DNA from: Clostridium sp. CAG:433
Lineage (GTDB): Bacteria > Bacillota_I > Bacilli_A > RF39 > UBA660
Assembly (NCBI GenBank): GCA_000433675.1
Contig: FR893565.1
Location: 55 to 64,054, forward strand
Reading direction: 5' to 3'
DNA: 64,000 bases
Below the pieces are notes generated by a model that made no database searches, was not told the DNA's origin, and worked only from the letters and a program-made list of their open reading frames with translations. Both the position numbers and the translations under genes were made by a program. Positions 37,563 to 48,400 of the stretch are shown here, in pieces; position 1 is the stretch's first letter, and each line of letters opens with the position of its first letter.

Positions 37563-38117
37563 TTATTCAAACATATCTATTTTATATGTATTATTTACTT
37601 TTTTAAATATTATGTATAAAGGATATTCATCCTCTAATATCTCTTTTTCAGAATTATACTCAAGCTTACCAGTTGCGACTACATAATCATCATTTGTGCA
37701 AACTATTTTAAGTGGTCTTATACCCTTGTTTGTTGATCCCAACATGCTATACATAAGTATTTTTTCTAAATCTTGGCTGTTTTTATTATTTTCTAAATAA
37801 TTTATTGCTTTATCTGTAAAAAACTTTGAAGCAATTTCTTTATTAATTGTATAAATTGTTTCATTATTGTTATAAGTCGAGTCAATCATACCATCATTTT
37901 CTTTTACTTTTTGAATATTTTCAAAAGCATTTTTATACACTTTAGTAATTTCATCTAACACTTGATTGTCATCTGAATTCTTACTCTTTGTTATCGTTTC
38001 ACTTTCTTTAAACATATTATAGTCCATTTTACCTGAAGCATATTGTCCTACAATAAACATTAAAACACCTATAACAATTACTAATAATATAGTAACTACT
38101 ACTTTACCCTTTTTCAT
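37563..38117 (-). CDS. Hypothetical N-terminally anchored protein. The likely true start is MKKGKVVV at 38115-38117.
   Basis: GGAGG sits 7 nt upstream of the internal Met, followed by a TM helix (VVVTILLVIVIGVLMFIV). The track start lies further upstream and lacks an SD. Confidence 0.5.
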   Translation of the reverse strand: MKKGKVVVTILLVIVIGVLMFIVGQYASGKMDYNMFKESETITKSKNSDDNQVLDEITKVYKNAFENIQKVKENDGMIDSTYNNNETIYTINKEIASKFFTDKAINYLENNKNSQDLEKILMYSMLGSTNKGIRPLKIVCTNDDYVVATGKLEYNSEKEILEDEYPLYIIFKKVNNTYKIDMFE

Positions 38118-38208
38118 ATTTTTCCTCCTACTTTCTAAATTAATTATAAATAATTGAAAATAAATTATCAACAAAAAAAAAGACTACTTTACATGTAGCC
38201 TTTACAAA

Positions 38209-39477
38209 TTATTTATCTTTTTTCTCTTTTACTTTTCCTTTTTTAATAGACTCAATTTCAATTGTATTTGATAATGTATCTATTGCTTCTGGTTTTTCTT
38301 CCTTTTTCTTTTTATGAAATATCTTTTTTAATACTTCTTTTTTACATAAGAAATATCCAAGAACTATACCTAAAGTAAATGTTAGAAGCATACTTACTGT
38401 AAACATTATCCATTCACGAGTACTTGTTTCATCTGGACAAGTTTGTACTACTTTTTGCTCTTCTTTTTCTCTTGTTACTGAAAGTACATAAGTATCTTTG
38501 TTTTCAGTATCTTCACTTGTTACAATAATGTTAATTACATTTCTACCTACTTTTAAAGTAGTATTACCTTCCATATTTATTGTTGCATTTGGGTTTTCAG
38601 CCTCAGCAAGTATATTTAATTTTTTTGTTTTATATGGAACAGATAATGTATATTTTTTAGTATCCGCATTAAAATCTATTTTAAATTTATCTACTTTCAA
38701 ACTTTTTAATTTAGTATTTGCCTTTACAAGTTCTTCTTCTGTTGGTGTCATTTTAAGTGTTACTTTTACAACATATGTCTTAGTAGTTACTCCATCTTCA
38801 GCAGTTACTACAATTTTTATATCATTATCACCTTTAACTAAGTTTTTATAATTATCAGAAATCATTATTTTTGATCCTGAATTACTTGCAACTGCATTTA
38901 CAGTAAGTTCTGTTATATCAGTAATAGTAGTTGTATACTCTAATGTATTTTTATCAAACTTAGGATTTAATGTTGTATTTGGTATTTTTAGTGAACTAAG
39001 TGTTGCATCATTACTAAGTGATACAATTTTTACCATTGAACTTGTGTTAGTAGCATTTGCTGTTTTACCTGAAATAAGTACAACTCCAGAGCTATCAATA
39101 GTTAAATTACAATCTCCACTTTTAGCATTATTTTTAACTCCAAATACAATGGCTGCTAAAGTAGTATTTGTACTAATTGGTGCTCCACTAGCTTTTTTAG
39201 TAATTATAATTGGATTACCATTTACACCTATATCTGATACTTCACTGTTAGATGATTTATACTCTAATTTTGTTGTATCATATGATAAATTAATGCTGTA
39301 ACCCTGAATTGAATCTTCTGTTACATCAGAAGCTTTTACGTATACTGTAACCTCACTACCAGGTTTTGCAGTATCTACTGATTTTTCTACTTTAAATGTT
39401 AATGCACTTACCTTAATAGGCAAAAATATACTAAAAAGTGCAATAACAAAGGCAAATCTTAAAAACCCTTTTTTCAT
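38209..39477 (-). CDS. Surface protein with two cadherin-like beta-sandwich domains and a C-terminal TM anchor
   Basis: Signal peptide MKKGFLRFAFVIALFSIFLPIKVSA. Two modules carry the 'ATLSSLKI..TTLNPKFD.NTLEYTTT' and 'LKSLKVDKFKIDFNADTKKYTLSV' motifs typical of the cadherin-like beta sandwich family (PF12733). A C-terminal hydrophobic helix is followed by a KKKKEE basic tail. Confidence 0.6.
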   Translation of the reverse strand: MKKGFLRFAFVIALFSIFLPIKVSALTFKVEKSVDTAKPGSEVTVYVKASDVTEDSIQGYSINLSYDTTKLEYKSSNSEVSDIGVNGNPIIITKKASGAPISTNTTLAAIVFGVKNNAKSGDCNLTIDSSGVVLISGKTANATNTSSMVKIVSLSNDATLSSLKIPNTTLNPKFDKNTLEYTTTITDITELTVNAVASNSGSKIMISDNYKNLVKGDNDIKIVVTAEDGVTTKTYVVKVTLKMTPTEEELVKANTKLKSLKVDKFKIDFNADTKKYTLSVPYKTKKLNILAEAENPNATINMEGNTTLKVGRNVINIIVTSEDTENKDTYVLSVTREKEEQKVVQTCPDETSTREWIMFTVSMLLTFTLGIVLGYFLCKKEVLKKIFHKKKKEEKPEAIDTLSNTIEIESIKKGKVKEKKDK

Positions 39478-39493
39478 TCTTTTTCCCTCTTTC

Positions 39494-40510
39494 CTAAATT
39501 AATGATTTTCTTTTATAAATTCCTACACCTTTAGGAGCATATACATTAATAACTGCATCCTTTGTAATCTTTATAAAACATAAACCATTCACTATAACAT
39601 CTTCTCCCTTATTAACATTTAGAGTAATCTTTTCTAAATCTTTACCCCTCTTGTTGGTTATAGTGTTTATTCTATTAATTATTATATCATTTGAAATATA
39701 AAATGTAAAACTATTTATTTCACCCTTTACATATTCTAGACGTAAATACTTTTCTACTAATAAAGTTTTACCCATAGAAAGTTGATATGTTATTGGTCTT
39801 ATTTCATTATTTGGCATTATTTTTTTAAGTTCTTTACCACTTACAAAGTTTGAAATATTATCTTTTTCTATAAAACCTGGTGTATCTATAAATGTAAGAT
39901 CATCATTTATTTTTATTTCATTTATATTAATTGTTGTAGATGGTAATATACTTGTTGTTATTTCAAAATCATTATCTGAATAATTTTTTATAAATTTATT
40001 TATGAGTGTACTCTTACCAGCATTTGTATTTCCACATACATAAACATTATTACTAGTTTTATTTTCATCTATTTTTTCTTTTAATAAATCTAAATTATAA
40101 TTTGTTTTACTGCTTATTAAAACTATATCTACTATATTTTTATTTAGTTTTAATTCATTTAATTTTGATTTTATTTTATTTGGATTAACACTTTTTGGAA
40201 TAATATCATATTTTGTAATTACAAGTATAATCTTATTATCAATATATTTATTTACCATATCAATTGATGAATTCAAATTAAATATATCTACTAAGAATAA
40301 TACTAAATCATTTGTTTTATTTATATTTTTATAGATATCAATATATTCTTCACCTGTTGATACTATACTTTTATATTCCCCATAATTAATTAATTTAAAA
40401 CATCTTTCACAGTATTTGGCATCCATATATTTTTCTTCGTTTATATAACCAATTTTATTTTTATCTTGCATTTGCATTATAGCGCCACAACCTAAACATT
40501 TTTTAATCAT
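39494..40510 (-). CDS. yqeH: Ribosome biogenesis GTPase YqeH
   Basis: An N-terminal Cys4 zinc ribbon (CLGCG...CERCF) is followed by a circularly permuted GTPase with G4-G1-G3 order (TKYD ... GNTNAGKST ... DTPG). Confidence 0.85.
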   Translation of the reverse strand: MIKKCLGCGAIMQMQDKNKIGYINEEKYMDAKYCERCFKLINYGEYKSIVSTGEEYIDIYKNINKTNDLVLFLVDIFNLNSSIDMVNKYIDNKIILVITKYDIIPKSVNPNKIKSKLNELKLNKNIVDIVLISSKTNYNLDLLKEKIDENKTSNNVYVCGNTNAGKSTLINKFIKNYSDNDFEITTSILPSTTININEIKINDDLTFIDTPGFIEKDNISNFVSGKELKKIMPNNEIRPITYQLSMGKTLLVEKYLRLEYVKGEINSFTFYISNDIIINRINTITNKRGKDLEKITLNVNKGEDVIVNGLCFIKITKDAVINVYAPKGVGIYKRKSLI

Positions 40511-41027
40511 AATATTTTCCTTTTTCTAGTATTTTATTTTTATTAAAATTTCTTAGTACAAACCCTTCAAAAAATCTACAAAATTTTGTACGAATAGGTT
40601 CATATTCATCAAGTTTATCAACAAATATAACAAACAAATTATTTCTTTTTGCTCCTATTACATCTGTCATTATTTGATCACCTATAAAAGCACATTCTTC
40701 TTTTTTATATTTATTTAATACTTTTTTATAATTTTTCTTAAATGGTTTCATAGAACTAAAATATATTTCTACATTTAACTTTTCTTTAAATGGTAATAAC
40801 CTTTTTTCATATGAATTTGAAAATATAAAAAGTTTAAATCCCATTTCTTCTAATCTAAAAAACAATGTCATTATTTTATCATTTGGCATATTTTCTTTAT
40901 ATGTAATGATTGTGTTATCTAAATCAAAAAATAGGTATTTAATGCCTAGATCTTGAAGTTTTTCATAATTTATTTCATATATATCTTTTTTATACATATC
41001 TGGTTTAAATTTAAACATATTAATCAC
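40503..41027 (-). CDS. yqeG: YqeG-family HAD-IIIA phosphatase
   Basis: The HAD motif I FFDLDNTI is present. The 174-aa size and the 8-nt overlap with yqeH match the conserved yqeG-yqeH operon. Confidence 0.8.
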   Translation of the reverse strand: MINMFKFKPDMYKKDIYEINYEKLQDLGIKYLFFDLDNTIITYKENMPNDKIMTLFFRLEEMGFKLFIFSNSYEKRLLPFKEKLNVEIYFSSMKPFKKNYKKVLNKYKKEECAFIGDQIMTDVIGAKRNNLFVIFVDKLDEYEPIRTKFCRFFEGFVLRNFNKNKILEKGKYYD

Positions 41028-41061
41028 CTTTTATAGATTATACTTTTAATAAGTGTTAAAA

Positions 41062-41856
41062 TCAATACCTTTCTTCTTCTAATCTTTCATATTCTTTATT
41101 TGTTAAAAGACCAAATGGACTTTTATTACTCATAAATTTATCATTTACATTTTTTATTCTTTTTACATACACTATACCTGTTATATAAAGTGGTATAAAG
41201 AATACTAATATAAGTATTATAAATAAAAAGTCTGATGTTACAAATGCTAATATTTTTGTCAAATAATAATTATATACTGTATGAATTAATGTTGGTAAAA
41301 GTAATGAATTAAATAATTTAAACATTTTCATAGAATTCTTTTTAGTAAATTTTTCTGTTCCAACATAATATCCCATTACAATACCACATATTAAATGAAG
41401 TGGAATTGATGTTATTCCTCTTATAATTCCAAGATGTATCATAGAACTAAAATCTGTTTCTGTAAATACATACATTACTGTTTCAAATGCAGCAAAAGAA
41501 AGCGCAATTAAAGATGAATATACAAAACCATCATATACATCATCAAAATTACTATTTTTTTGAATAAAGAAATATAATACTGTTAATTTTGCTGATTCTT
41601 CTACAAATGCGAATATTAATACCTTTACAAAAGTATATGATTCATAATTTAAATAATTCAAATGTGGTAATATTACTTTACCAACAAGAAGAGATACAGC
41701 AATTGTAAATACACCTGATAAAAGTGCAAGTGCAATCATATAACCAGGTTCTTTGCTTTTTCTATCTGAATATAAAATTGCTGATATAAATATTATTGAA
41801 CTAAGTATTGATATAAATATTACAAATAAATAACTTAATGTTCCCATTTTACACAC
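41062..41856 (-). CDS. PrsW-family intramembrane metalloprotease
   Basis: Polytopic membrane protein carrying the conserved EExxK motif (FVEESAKL) and a His-containing motif (IHLGIIRG...PLHLICG). Confidence 0.7.
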   Translation of the reverse strand: MCKMGTLSYLFVIFISILSSIIFISAILYSDRKSKEPGYMIALALLSGVFTIAVSLLVGKVILPHLNYLNYESYTFVKVLIFAFVEESAKLTVLYFFIQKNSNFDDVYDGFVYSSLIALSFAAFETVMYVFTETDFSSMIHLGIIRGITSIPLHLICGIVMGYYVGTEKFTKKNSMKMFKLFNSLLLPTLIHTVYNYYLTKILAFVTSDFLFIILILVFFIPLYITGIVYVKRIKNVNDKFMSNKSPFGLLTNKEYERLEEERY

Positions 41857-41929
41857 TTCCCTACTTTATTACATATTTAGTATATCAGTTTTTTTAAAAG
41901 AAAAAAAGTTACAAACATGTAACTTTACA

Positions 41930-42139
41930 CTATTTAGCATTATTCATTGCTTTCATCATTTGATTAATTTGTTTTTGAGTTGGTGTTCTCCCCATTTGAC
42001 TCATCATAATTTTTATCATTTGTTCATTAATTGGTGGATTTTTCTTTAAATATTTTTCCATATATTTTTTACATACAAAGAATCCAATAACTGCTCCAAT
42101 TACTAAACCTATTACTACTAATAATATATCTTGTAACAT
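41930..42139 (-). CDS. YneF/UPF0154 family small membrane protein
   Basis: 69 aa. Single N-terminal TM helix ([18 protein letters not shown]). The C-terminus carries the conserved [23 protein letters not shown] motif of the UPF0154 family. Confidence 0.7.
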   Translation of the reverse strand: MLQDILLVVIGLVIGAVIGFFVCKKYMEKYLKKNPPINEQMIKIMMSQMGRTPTQKQINQMMKAMNNAK

Positions 42140-42207
42140 TTATTATTCCTCCTTAATTAATATTATAATAAATTTCAATATTTTATACAAGTGTTTCAAA
42201 AGTTATA

Positions 42208-42861
42208 TTATTCATTTTTTATTAAACTACCATCATCAGATAATAAATACATTCCATCTTCACACTCAAGTGCAGAATACTCTTTATTTTCTTTAGTTAA
42301 TATACCAATTGATTTTATTTTTGAAGTTACATTTATTTCTTTAAAAGATCCCATCAAAATATCAGAATTTTCTATAATAGAAGATACATCATCATTTTTT
42401 ATATCTGTGTACCATGCATTAACTTGATCATTTTCATTTGTTAAAAATACTAGAATTCTTTTATAAGTAGAATTTTCAATTGCTCCAATTGACTTAACTG
42501 TTGTATATCCTGGTATAGGTGCATGTATATTTACAGAAGAACCTAAATTTGGATCTTTACTTGTCATAAATATTAAACCAGCAGGTTTATCGTTTGCATA
42601 ATCTTGCTCGAATTTTATACTAAAGTCATTAGATAACTTTATATTCAATTTCTTTTCTGTAAATGCATTATATGTTTCTTTTATATCATTTTCCTTTATA
42701 TCATCTTTATTTTCATCTTTTACATTATTTTCTGTTACCTTTTTATCATTTTCTGTATTAAAGAACTTATCGTATACTATATACGAACCAAGTGCCAATA
42801 CCATTATTATAAGTATGATTAAAATAACTATTACTCCTTTGTTACTCTTTTTGTTTTCCAT
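42208..42861 (-). CDS. Hypothetical N-terminally anchored protein
   Basis: 217 aa. N-terminal TM helix (VIVILIILIIMVLALGSYIVY) followed by an acidic Lys/Asp/Glu-rich linker. Confidence 0.45.
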   Translation of the reverse strand: MENKKSNKGVIVILIILIIMVLALGSYIVYDKFFNTENDKKVTENNVKDENKDDIKENDIKETYNAFTEKKLNIKLSNDFSIKFEQDYANDKPAGLIFMTSKDPNLGSSVNIHAPIPGYTTVKSIGAIENSTYKRILVFLTNENDQVNAWYTDIKNDDVSSIIENSDILMGSFKEINVTSKIKSIGILTKENKEYSALECEDGMYLLSDDGSLIKNE

Positions 42862-42952
42862 ATTCTCTCCTCCTATTTTCTATTTAAAGAATATCATTTA
42901 TTAAATAGTTATTCAATACTAAAAAAGTTACTAAATTATAATTTTACACAAA

Positions 42953-43378
42953 TTATACTAGTAACTTTGTTTTTGTTTCATTTATCCAAAAATAATCTTT
43001 ACTTTTAAAATCAATCACAAATAAACATTCTCTTGAATCAACTATATCTCTTATAAATGTGTTAATATTTTTATTAGATTTTATTTTTAAAAAAGTATTA
43101 TTTATAGTAAGTCTACTTATTTCACTATCACTTTCTATAATATGAACATTATCTGTTTTAGTATAATATATATCATCTCTATGTTTAAGCATAACATAAT
43201 TATTAAATATTCTTTTATTAAATGGTATTGTAATTTGTTCAAATAATCTAAATTTATTAATTAAATCTTCATCATTAGATGAATAAATATCATAAAACAT
43301 TTTAAACAAAATATTTGCTTTATCGTTATAAAAAGTCTGAAACATATTATTAATTTTAAATATATAAAAAGTTCTCAT
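42953..43378 (-). CDS. Hypothetical cytoplasmic protein
   Basis: 141-aa ORF in the same orientation as its neighbours. No recognisable motif. Confidence 0.4.
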   Translation of the reverse strand: MRTFYIFKINNMFQTFYNDKANILFKMFYDIYSSNDEDLINKFRLFEQITIPFNKRIFNNYVMLKHRDDIYYTKTDNVHIIESDSEISRLTINNTFLKIKSNKNINTFIRDIVDSRECLFVIDFKSKDYFWINETKTKLLV

Positions 43379-43436
43379 ATAGTATCACCAAATATATTAT
43401 ATATTTTTATTTTTAAATAATTTGTCAAAAAAAGAA

Positions 43437-45422
43437 TTAAATAAGTGATTTAATTCTTTCTATTATTGAATCTAGATCTAATTTGTAATATTTAAGTATT
43501 TCTTCTTTTGATGCACTTTTTCCAAACTCACTTATCGTTAATAAATAATCTGTACTAGTTACAAATTTTTCCCAACCAAATGAACTTTCATATTCAAGTA
43601 CAAATATTTTAGCACCTGCTGGGAATAAACTATCTTTATAAGAATCAGTTTGTTCTAAGAATTTTTCCATACATGGCATGCTTATAATTCTAACTCCGAT
43701 TCCTTCAGCTTTAAATCTTTCTTTTATTGAGTTTGCGACTTGTACTTCTGCACCGGTTGCGATTATAACAATATCTACATTATCATCTGGATCAGCCTCA
43801 ATATATGCACCTTTTGATACTGATAACATATTTGTTCCACCTTGAACCTTTACTTCTGTTTTTGCAAGTGAAATAACAGCTGGTTTTCTCTCTTTTAGTA
43901 TACAGTTCCAAGCTCCAATTATTTCTACCATATCCGCAGGTCTATATACATATAAATTTGGTGTTGCTCTTAAAGATGCTAACTGTTCTATAGGTTGATG
44001 TGTTGGTCCATCTGCACCTACTGTAATTGAATCATGTGTAAATATATATGTTACAGGTAAATCCATTATAGCACTCATCCTAATTGATGGTTTCATATAA
44101 TCTGAAAATGCCATAAATGTTGATGCAAATGGTCTAAATCCTGATAAAGCAAGTCCATTACTTATTGCTCCACTTGCATTTTCTCTTACACCATACAATA
44201 TATTTCTTCCATTAAAATTATTATAAGCAATATCATTCTTACCATTTAAATATGTAAGTGTTGCACTTGCAACATCTGCTGCTCCACCAATAAAATTCCA
44301 CATAGAATCAGCAATTACATTCATAACTTTTGAATTACTTTCTCTTAAAGTTTCTTTTAAATCATAGTTAATACCAAAATCAACTTTTGTTAAATCTATT
44401 TCTGTATTATTATAAGCTAAATTTTGAAATTCATTATATTTATCAGCAGACATATCTTTTTTATATTCTTCAAGTGTTTTTTCCCATGTATCATATAAAT
44501 TTGATCCTCTTTGTATAACTTGATTTCTTAAATTTTCAGCTGGTTCTTTTAAAAGTGTAAATGGAAGTCCTTCAACCCCTAAACCTTTTTTTAACTGTTC
44601 ATAATCATCCTTTGTAAGTTCTCCAGAATGAATTTTAGGAGTACCTTCTAATTTAGACCCATCCCCAATTGTTGTATTTACAATTATTAAACTTGGATTA
44701 ATAATATTCTTTTTAGCTTTTTCAATAGATTTATTTATTTCAGATATTGATTTACCATTTTTTACTATTTGTACATGCCAACCTTGTGACATAAATCTTG
44801 ATGATATACTTTCTGTAAAGTTTTTATTAGTATTTGTATCCATTGATGATTTATTAGCATCATATAATACAATTAATTTGCCTAGTTTTAAGTTACCCGC
44901 AAATGATGCTGCTTCATAGGATATTCCTTCCATTAAGTCACCATCAGATGCTAAAACATAAGTATAATAATCTATTAGTTTTTTAGTTTTTTTATCAAAT
45001 GCGTTTTTTGGTTTTTTATTAAATCTTTCTTCTAAGATTTTTTCTCCAAGAGCCATACCTACAGCTGTTGCAAATCCTTCACCAAGCATTCCAGTACTTG
45101 CATCTACTCCAATAGTTCCAAATTCTGGATGAGATGGTGTTTTACTATTTAATCTTCTATAATTTTTTAAATCTTCTACTGTAAACTGATAACCGCTTAA
45201 AAATAAAGTTGCATAAAGAAGTGCTGAAGCATGTCCTGCACTTAAAACAAACCTATCTCTGTTTATCCAATCGTACATTGATGGATTAACTTTTATATGT
45301 TTTGCATATAAAGTATATAAAATTGGCGCAGCACTTAATGTTGAACCAGGATGTCCTCCTTTTGCATTTTGTATTATATCAAGTGCTAAACCTTTTAATA
45401 CTGCTAGTGATCTATTATCCAC
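43437..45422 (-). CDS. tkt: Transketolase
   Basis: 661 aa. The thiamine-diphosphate binding motif (GHPGSTLSAAPILYTLYAKH ... GDGDLMEGISYEA) and the C-terminal transketolase domain are present. It starts with GTG. A TATAAT box lies about 25 nt upstream. Confidence 0.95.
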   Translation of the reverse strand: MDNRSLAVLKGLALDIIQNAKGGHPGSTLSAAPILYTLYAKHIKVNPSMYDWINRDRFVLSAGHASALLYATLFLSGYQFTVEDLKNYRRLNSKTPSHPEFGTIGVDASTGMLGEGFATAVGMALGEKILEERFNKKPKNAFDKKTKKLIDYYTYVLASDGDLMEGISYEAASFAGNLKLGKLIVLYDANKSSMDTNTNKNFTESISSRFMSQGWHVQIVKNGKSISEINKSIEKAKKNIINPSLIIVNTTIGDGSKLEGTPKIHSGELTKDDYEQLKKGLGVEGLPFTLLKEPAENLRNQVIQRGSNLYDTWEKTLEEYKKDMSADKYNEFQNLAYNNTEIDLTKVDFGINYDLKETLRESNSKVMNVIADSMWNFIGGAADVASATLTYLNGKNDIAYNNFNGRNILYGVRENASGAISNGLALSGFRPFASTFMAFSDYMKPSIRMSAIMDLPVTYIFTHDSITVGADGPTHQPIEQLASLRATPNLYVYRPADMVEIIGAWNCILKERKPAVISLAKTEVKVQGGTNMLSVSKGAYIEADPDDNVDIVIIATGAEVQVANSIKERFKAEGIGVRIISMPCMEKFLEQTDSYKDSLFPAGAKIFVLEYESSFGWEKFVTSTDYLLTISEFGKSASKEEILKYYKLDLDSIIERIKSLI

Positions 45423-45458
45423 TTTTCTTCACCCAATCCCTTACTATAAAACATTATA

Positions 45459-45492
45459 ACAAAAAAAGTTACTATTTAAAAGTAACTTTTTA
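45459..45492. terminator. Bidirectional terminator at the end of essC
   Basis: AAAAAAAGTTACT-atttaaa-AGTAACTTTTT. The essC TAA stop lies in the T-run. Confidence 0.65.
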
Positions 45493-48400
45493 TATTTGTT
45501 CAATAAATTTGACATAAGTTGGGATTCCTCTTCTTATAACAAATCCAAAATTATATGGTACATCTTCTTTCATTTCAGGAACACGTTTACTTGTATTAAT
45601 TAAAATTTGTTCTCCAAGTCCATTTCCTAAATAAATACCATTACTTGAATTATAATTATCTTTAAACCAAGAATCATATGTAAATTTCTTTATCTTATCT
45701 AATGTATCTATTATTACAAAATTAATAACACCAAGATCTGCTAAATTTGCAAATAATGTATTCATTTCATTTTTTCTATCTGGACTAATCTTATTAATAA
45801 ATGATGATATACCAATTATTACACAGTTAACTTTATTTTTTCCATCAAATACATTTTTGTTTCCATTATTTGAATTATATAATTCCAACGAATCATTAAT
45901 ATATTTTTTAATAGCATCAAATACATTATTAAAATTTCCTTCAAAATAATTTGAATATGATTTGATTTTGTCATTTAAAGCGAAATTTTCTGCATTAATA
46001 ATTATATTTGTTAATGACTTTTTATTTATACATTGTTCAATAAATGGAGCACTAATTCCTTCAAGTAAAGTTATATCTTGTGATGTCATTATATTTACAA
46101 CATCTTTTGTAAAATCATATGTTGCAACTGATAAATCAAGCTTATTAATACCAAGTGCAAGTAAATTATTATTTTCTACTGCACTTCTGCAATCATCATA
46201 ACTTACTATTTCAGGAAGAATTGGTACTCTTCTAGCAATATAATTATACTTTTCTTTATTCTTATTGCAATAATCTTTTATATAATTTGGTATTTCAGAT
46301 TTTTCAGAGGCAAGCGCTGTTTGAAATTCATATATGTCATCTTCTTTGATAAGACCTCTACCAAATAATTTTGATGGATATGTCTTATGTACATTACCAA
46401 GTACAGTGCTATAATCGTCTTCACTATTAAGTTGAAGTGTAAATACTTGTCCAAAGTTTTGTTTTAACTTGAATCTTACACCATTAACTGTATTGACAGC
46501 AAGGACAAAGAAAATACCATATTTTGTACAATCTCTTGTTAATATATTAAGAATGTCCTCATGACTTTGGAAATTTTCAATATATGCTTCATAGTTATTT
46601 ATTATAATAACTAGATTTGGAATTATATTTCCACTATCTTTACAATAAGAAACATAATTACCATTATAATTTGAAAATAAACTTTTTCTTTCATCTATTT
46701 CAGTTTGAATCATCTTATATAAGTTTTCTATTTTTTCATCATCATTTGGATACATTATATCTCCCACATATGGAGAATTATTAAAACATCTTAAACTTTC
46801 TGATCCAAAATCAACAACATAATAGTTTACTTCATTTGGAGTATATGCAACCATTGATGAATAAATCATAGTTGTTATAAAGTTTTCTTTACCAGATCCA
46901 GCAGAACCATATATAATTGAATTACCTTTTTCTGTTAAATTAATAGTTAACAATCTTTGCTCTTGATTTGCTGGAACATCATACTCACCAACAACTGGAT
47001 TTAAAACATAATTCTTTTTAACATAATTATATTTTTTAATAAGATTATCAACAAATATACATTCTGGAATTTTACTAAGCCATAATGGTCTTGTAACTAT
47101 ATTCTCTTCTTTTGCTATATTTGATAAATATTTAACAATATTTATTAATTCTTCTCCATAATTTGCTGTAGACTTTTGTTCTACTCTAGTTTGAACAGTT
47201 CTAATTTTATAACCCATATTGTTTATAAAATCTATTGATGTATCTGATTGTCTTTTTAATGCATCTGTTGGAATATATTTTGTACCTGTATAAGCAGATT
47301 GTCCAAGTACAAATATTTCATTAAATCCAACTTGTAAATAAAATCTACCTGTTTGAGTTAAGAATGCTGCATCTGGTTGTTTTATAACCTCTGATGAATC
47401 ACTCTTATCCTGAACTCTTAAACATACTCTAAATCTTGTGTTACTCCATATCTGTGAATCAACAACACCACTTGGTTTTTGAGTTGCTAGTATTAAATGT
47501 ACTCCTAAACTACGTCCAATTCTCGCAGTACTTATTAATTGATCCATAAATTCTGGTTGTTGATTTTTAAGTTCAGCAAATTCATCTGCGATTATAAGTA
47601 AATGAGATACAGGTTCATCTACAACATGATTTCTATACATTTCTTGATATTTATAAATATCTACTGTACTTTCTTCTGATATTTCTCTTGCTTTATTAAA
47701 TAGTGCCTGTCTTCTTTTAAGTTCACTTTCTATTGACGCAAGTGATCTATTTATTTCATTTTTATCTAAGTTTGTAATTGTTCCAACTAAATGTGGTAAT
47801 TTTATTCCTAGATTTTGATTTTCAAATGCACCAGCAAGTCCACCACCTTTATAGTCTATTAATATAAACTGTACTTCATCAGGATGATAATTAACCGCAA
47901 GTGATAATATATATGTAATAATAAATTCTGATTTACCTGAACCTGTCATACCAGCAATAAGTCCATGTGGTCCATGATATTTTTCATGTAAATCTAGACT
48001 AATTTTTTCACCATTTTTTCCAACACCTACTGGCACTGACATACTAAGAATTGGAACATTATCAATCCATCTTTGCTTTGAATTAAATGACTCTATCTTA
48101 CCTATATTATACATTTCAAGAAAACCAAGTCTTTTAGGTATTATTCCTTCACCTTCATCTTTTATTTCTATTGGAATATTCGACAATGTTTTAAAACATT
48201 TAGGAAAGTTACAATCACTTAAATCTAAACTAAATTCTTGAACTAAACTATTTGATATATTTCTTGATATAGTTGATTTTTCTTTTGATACTTCAATAAA
48301 TGTTTGACATTGATCGGGTAAATTTGAAATTCTATCATTTAAAATAATTACACTAAACCCAACATAATTTTTATTGTTTATAATGTTATTTATTAAATCT

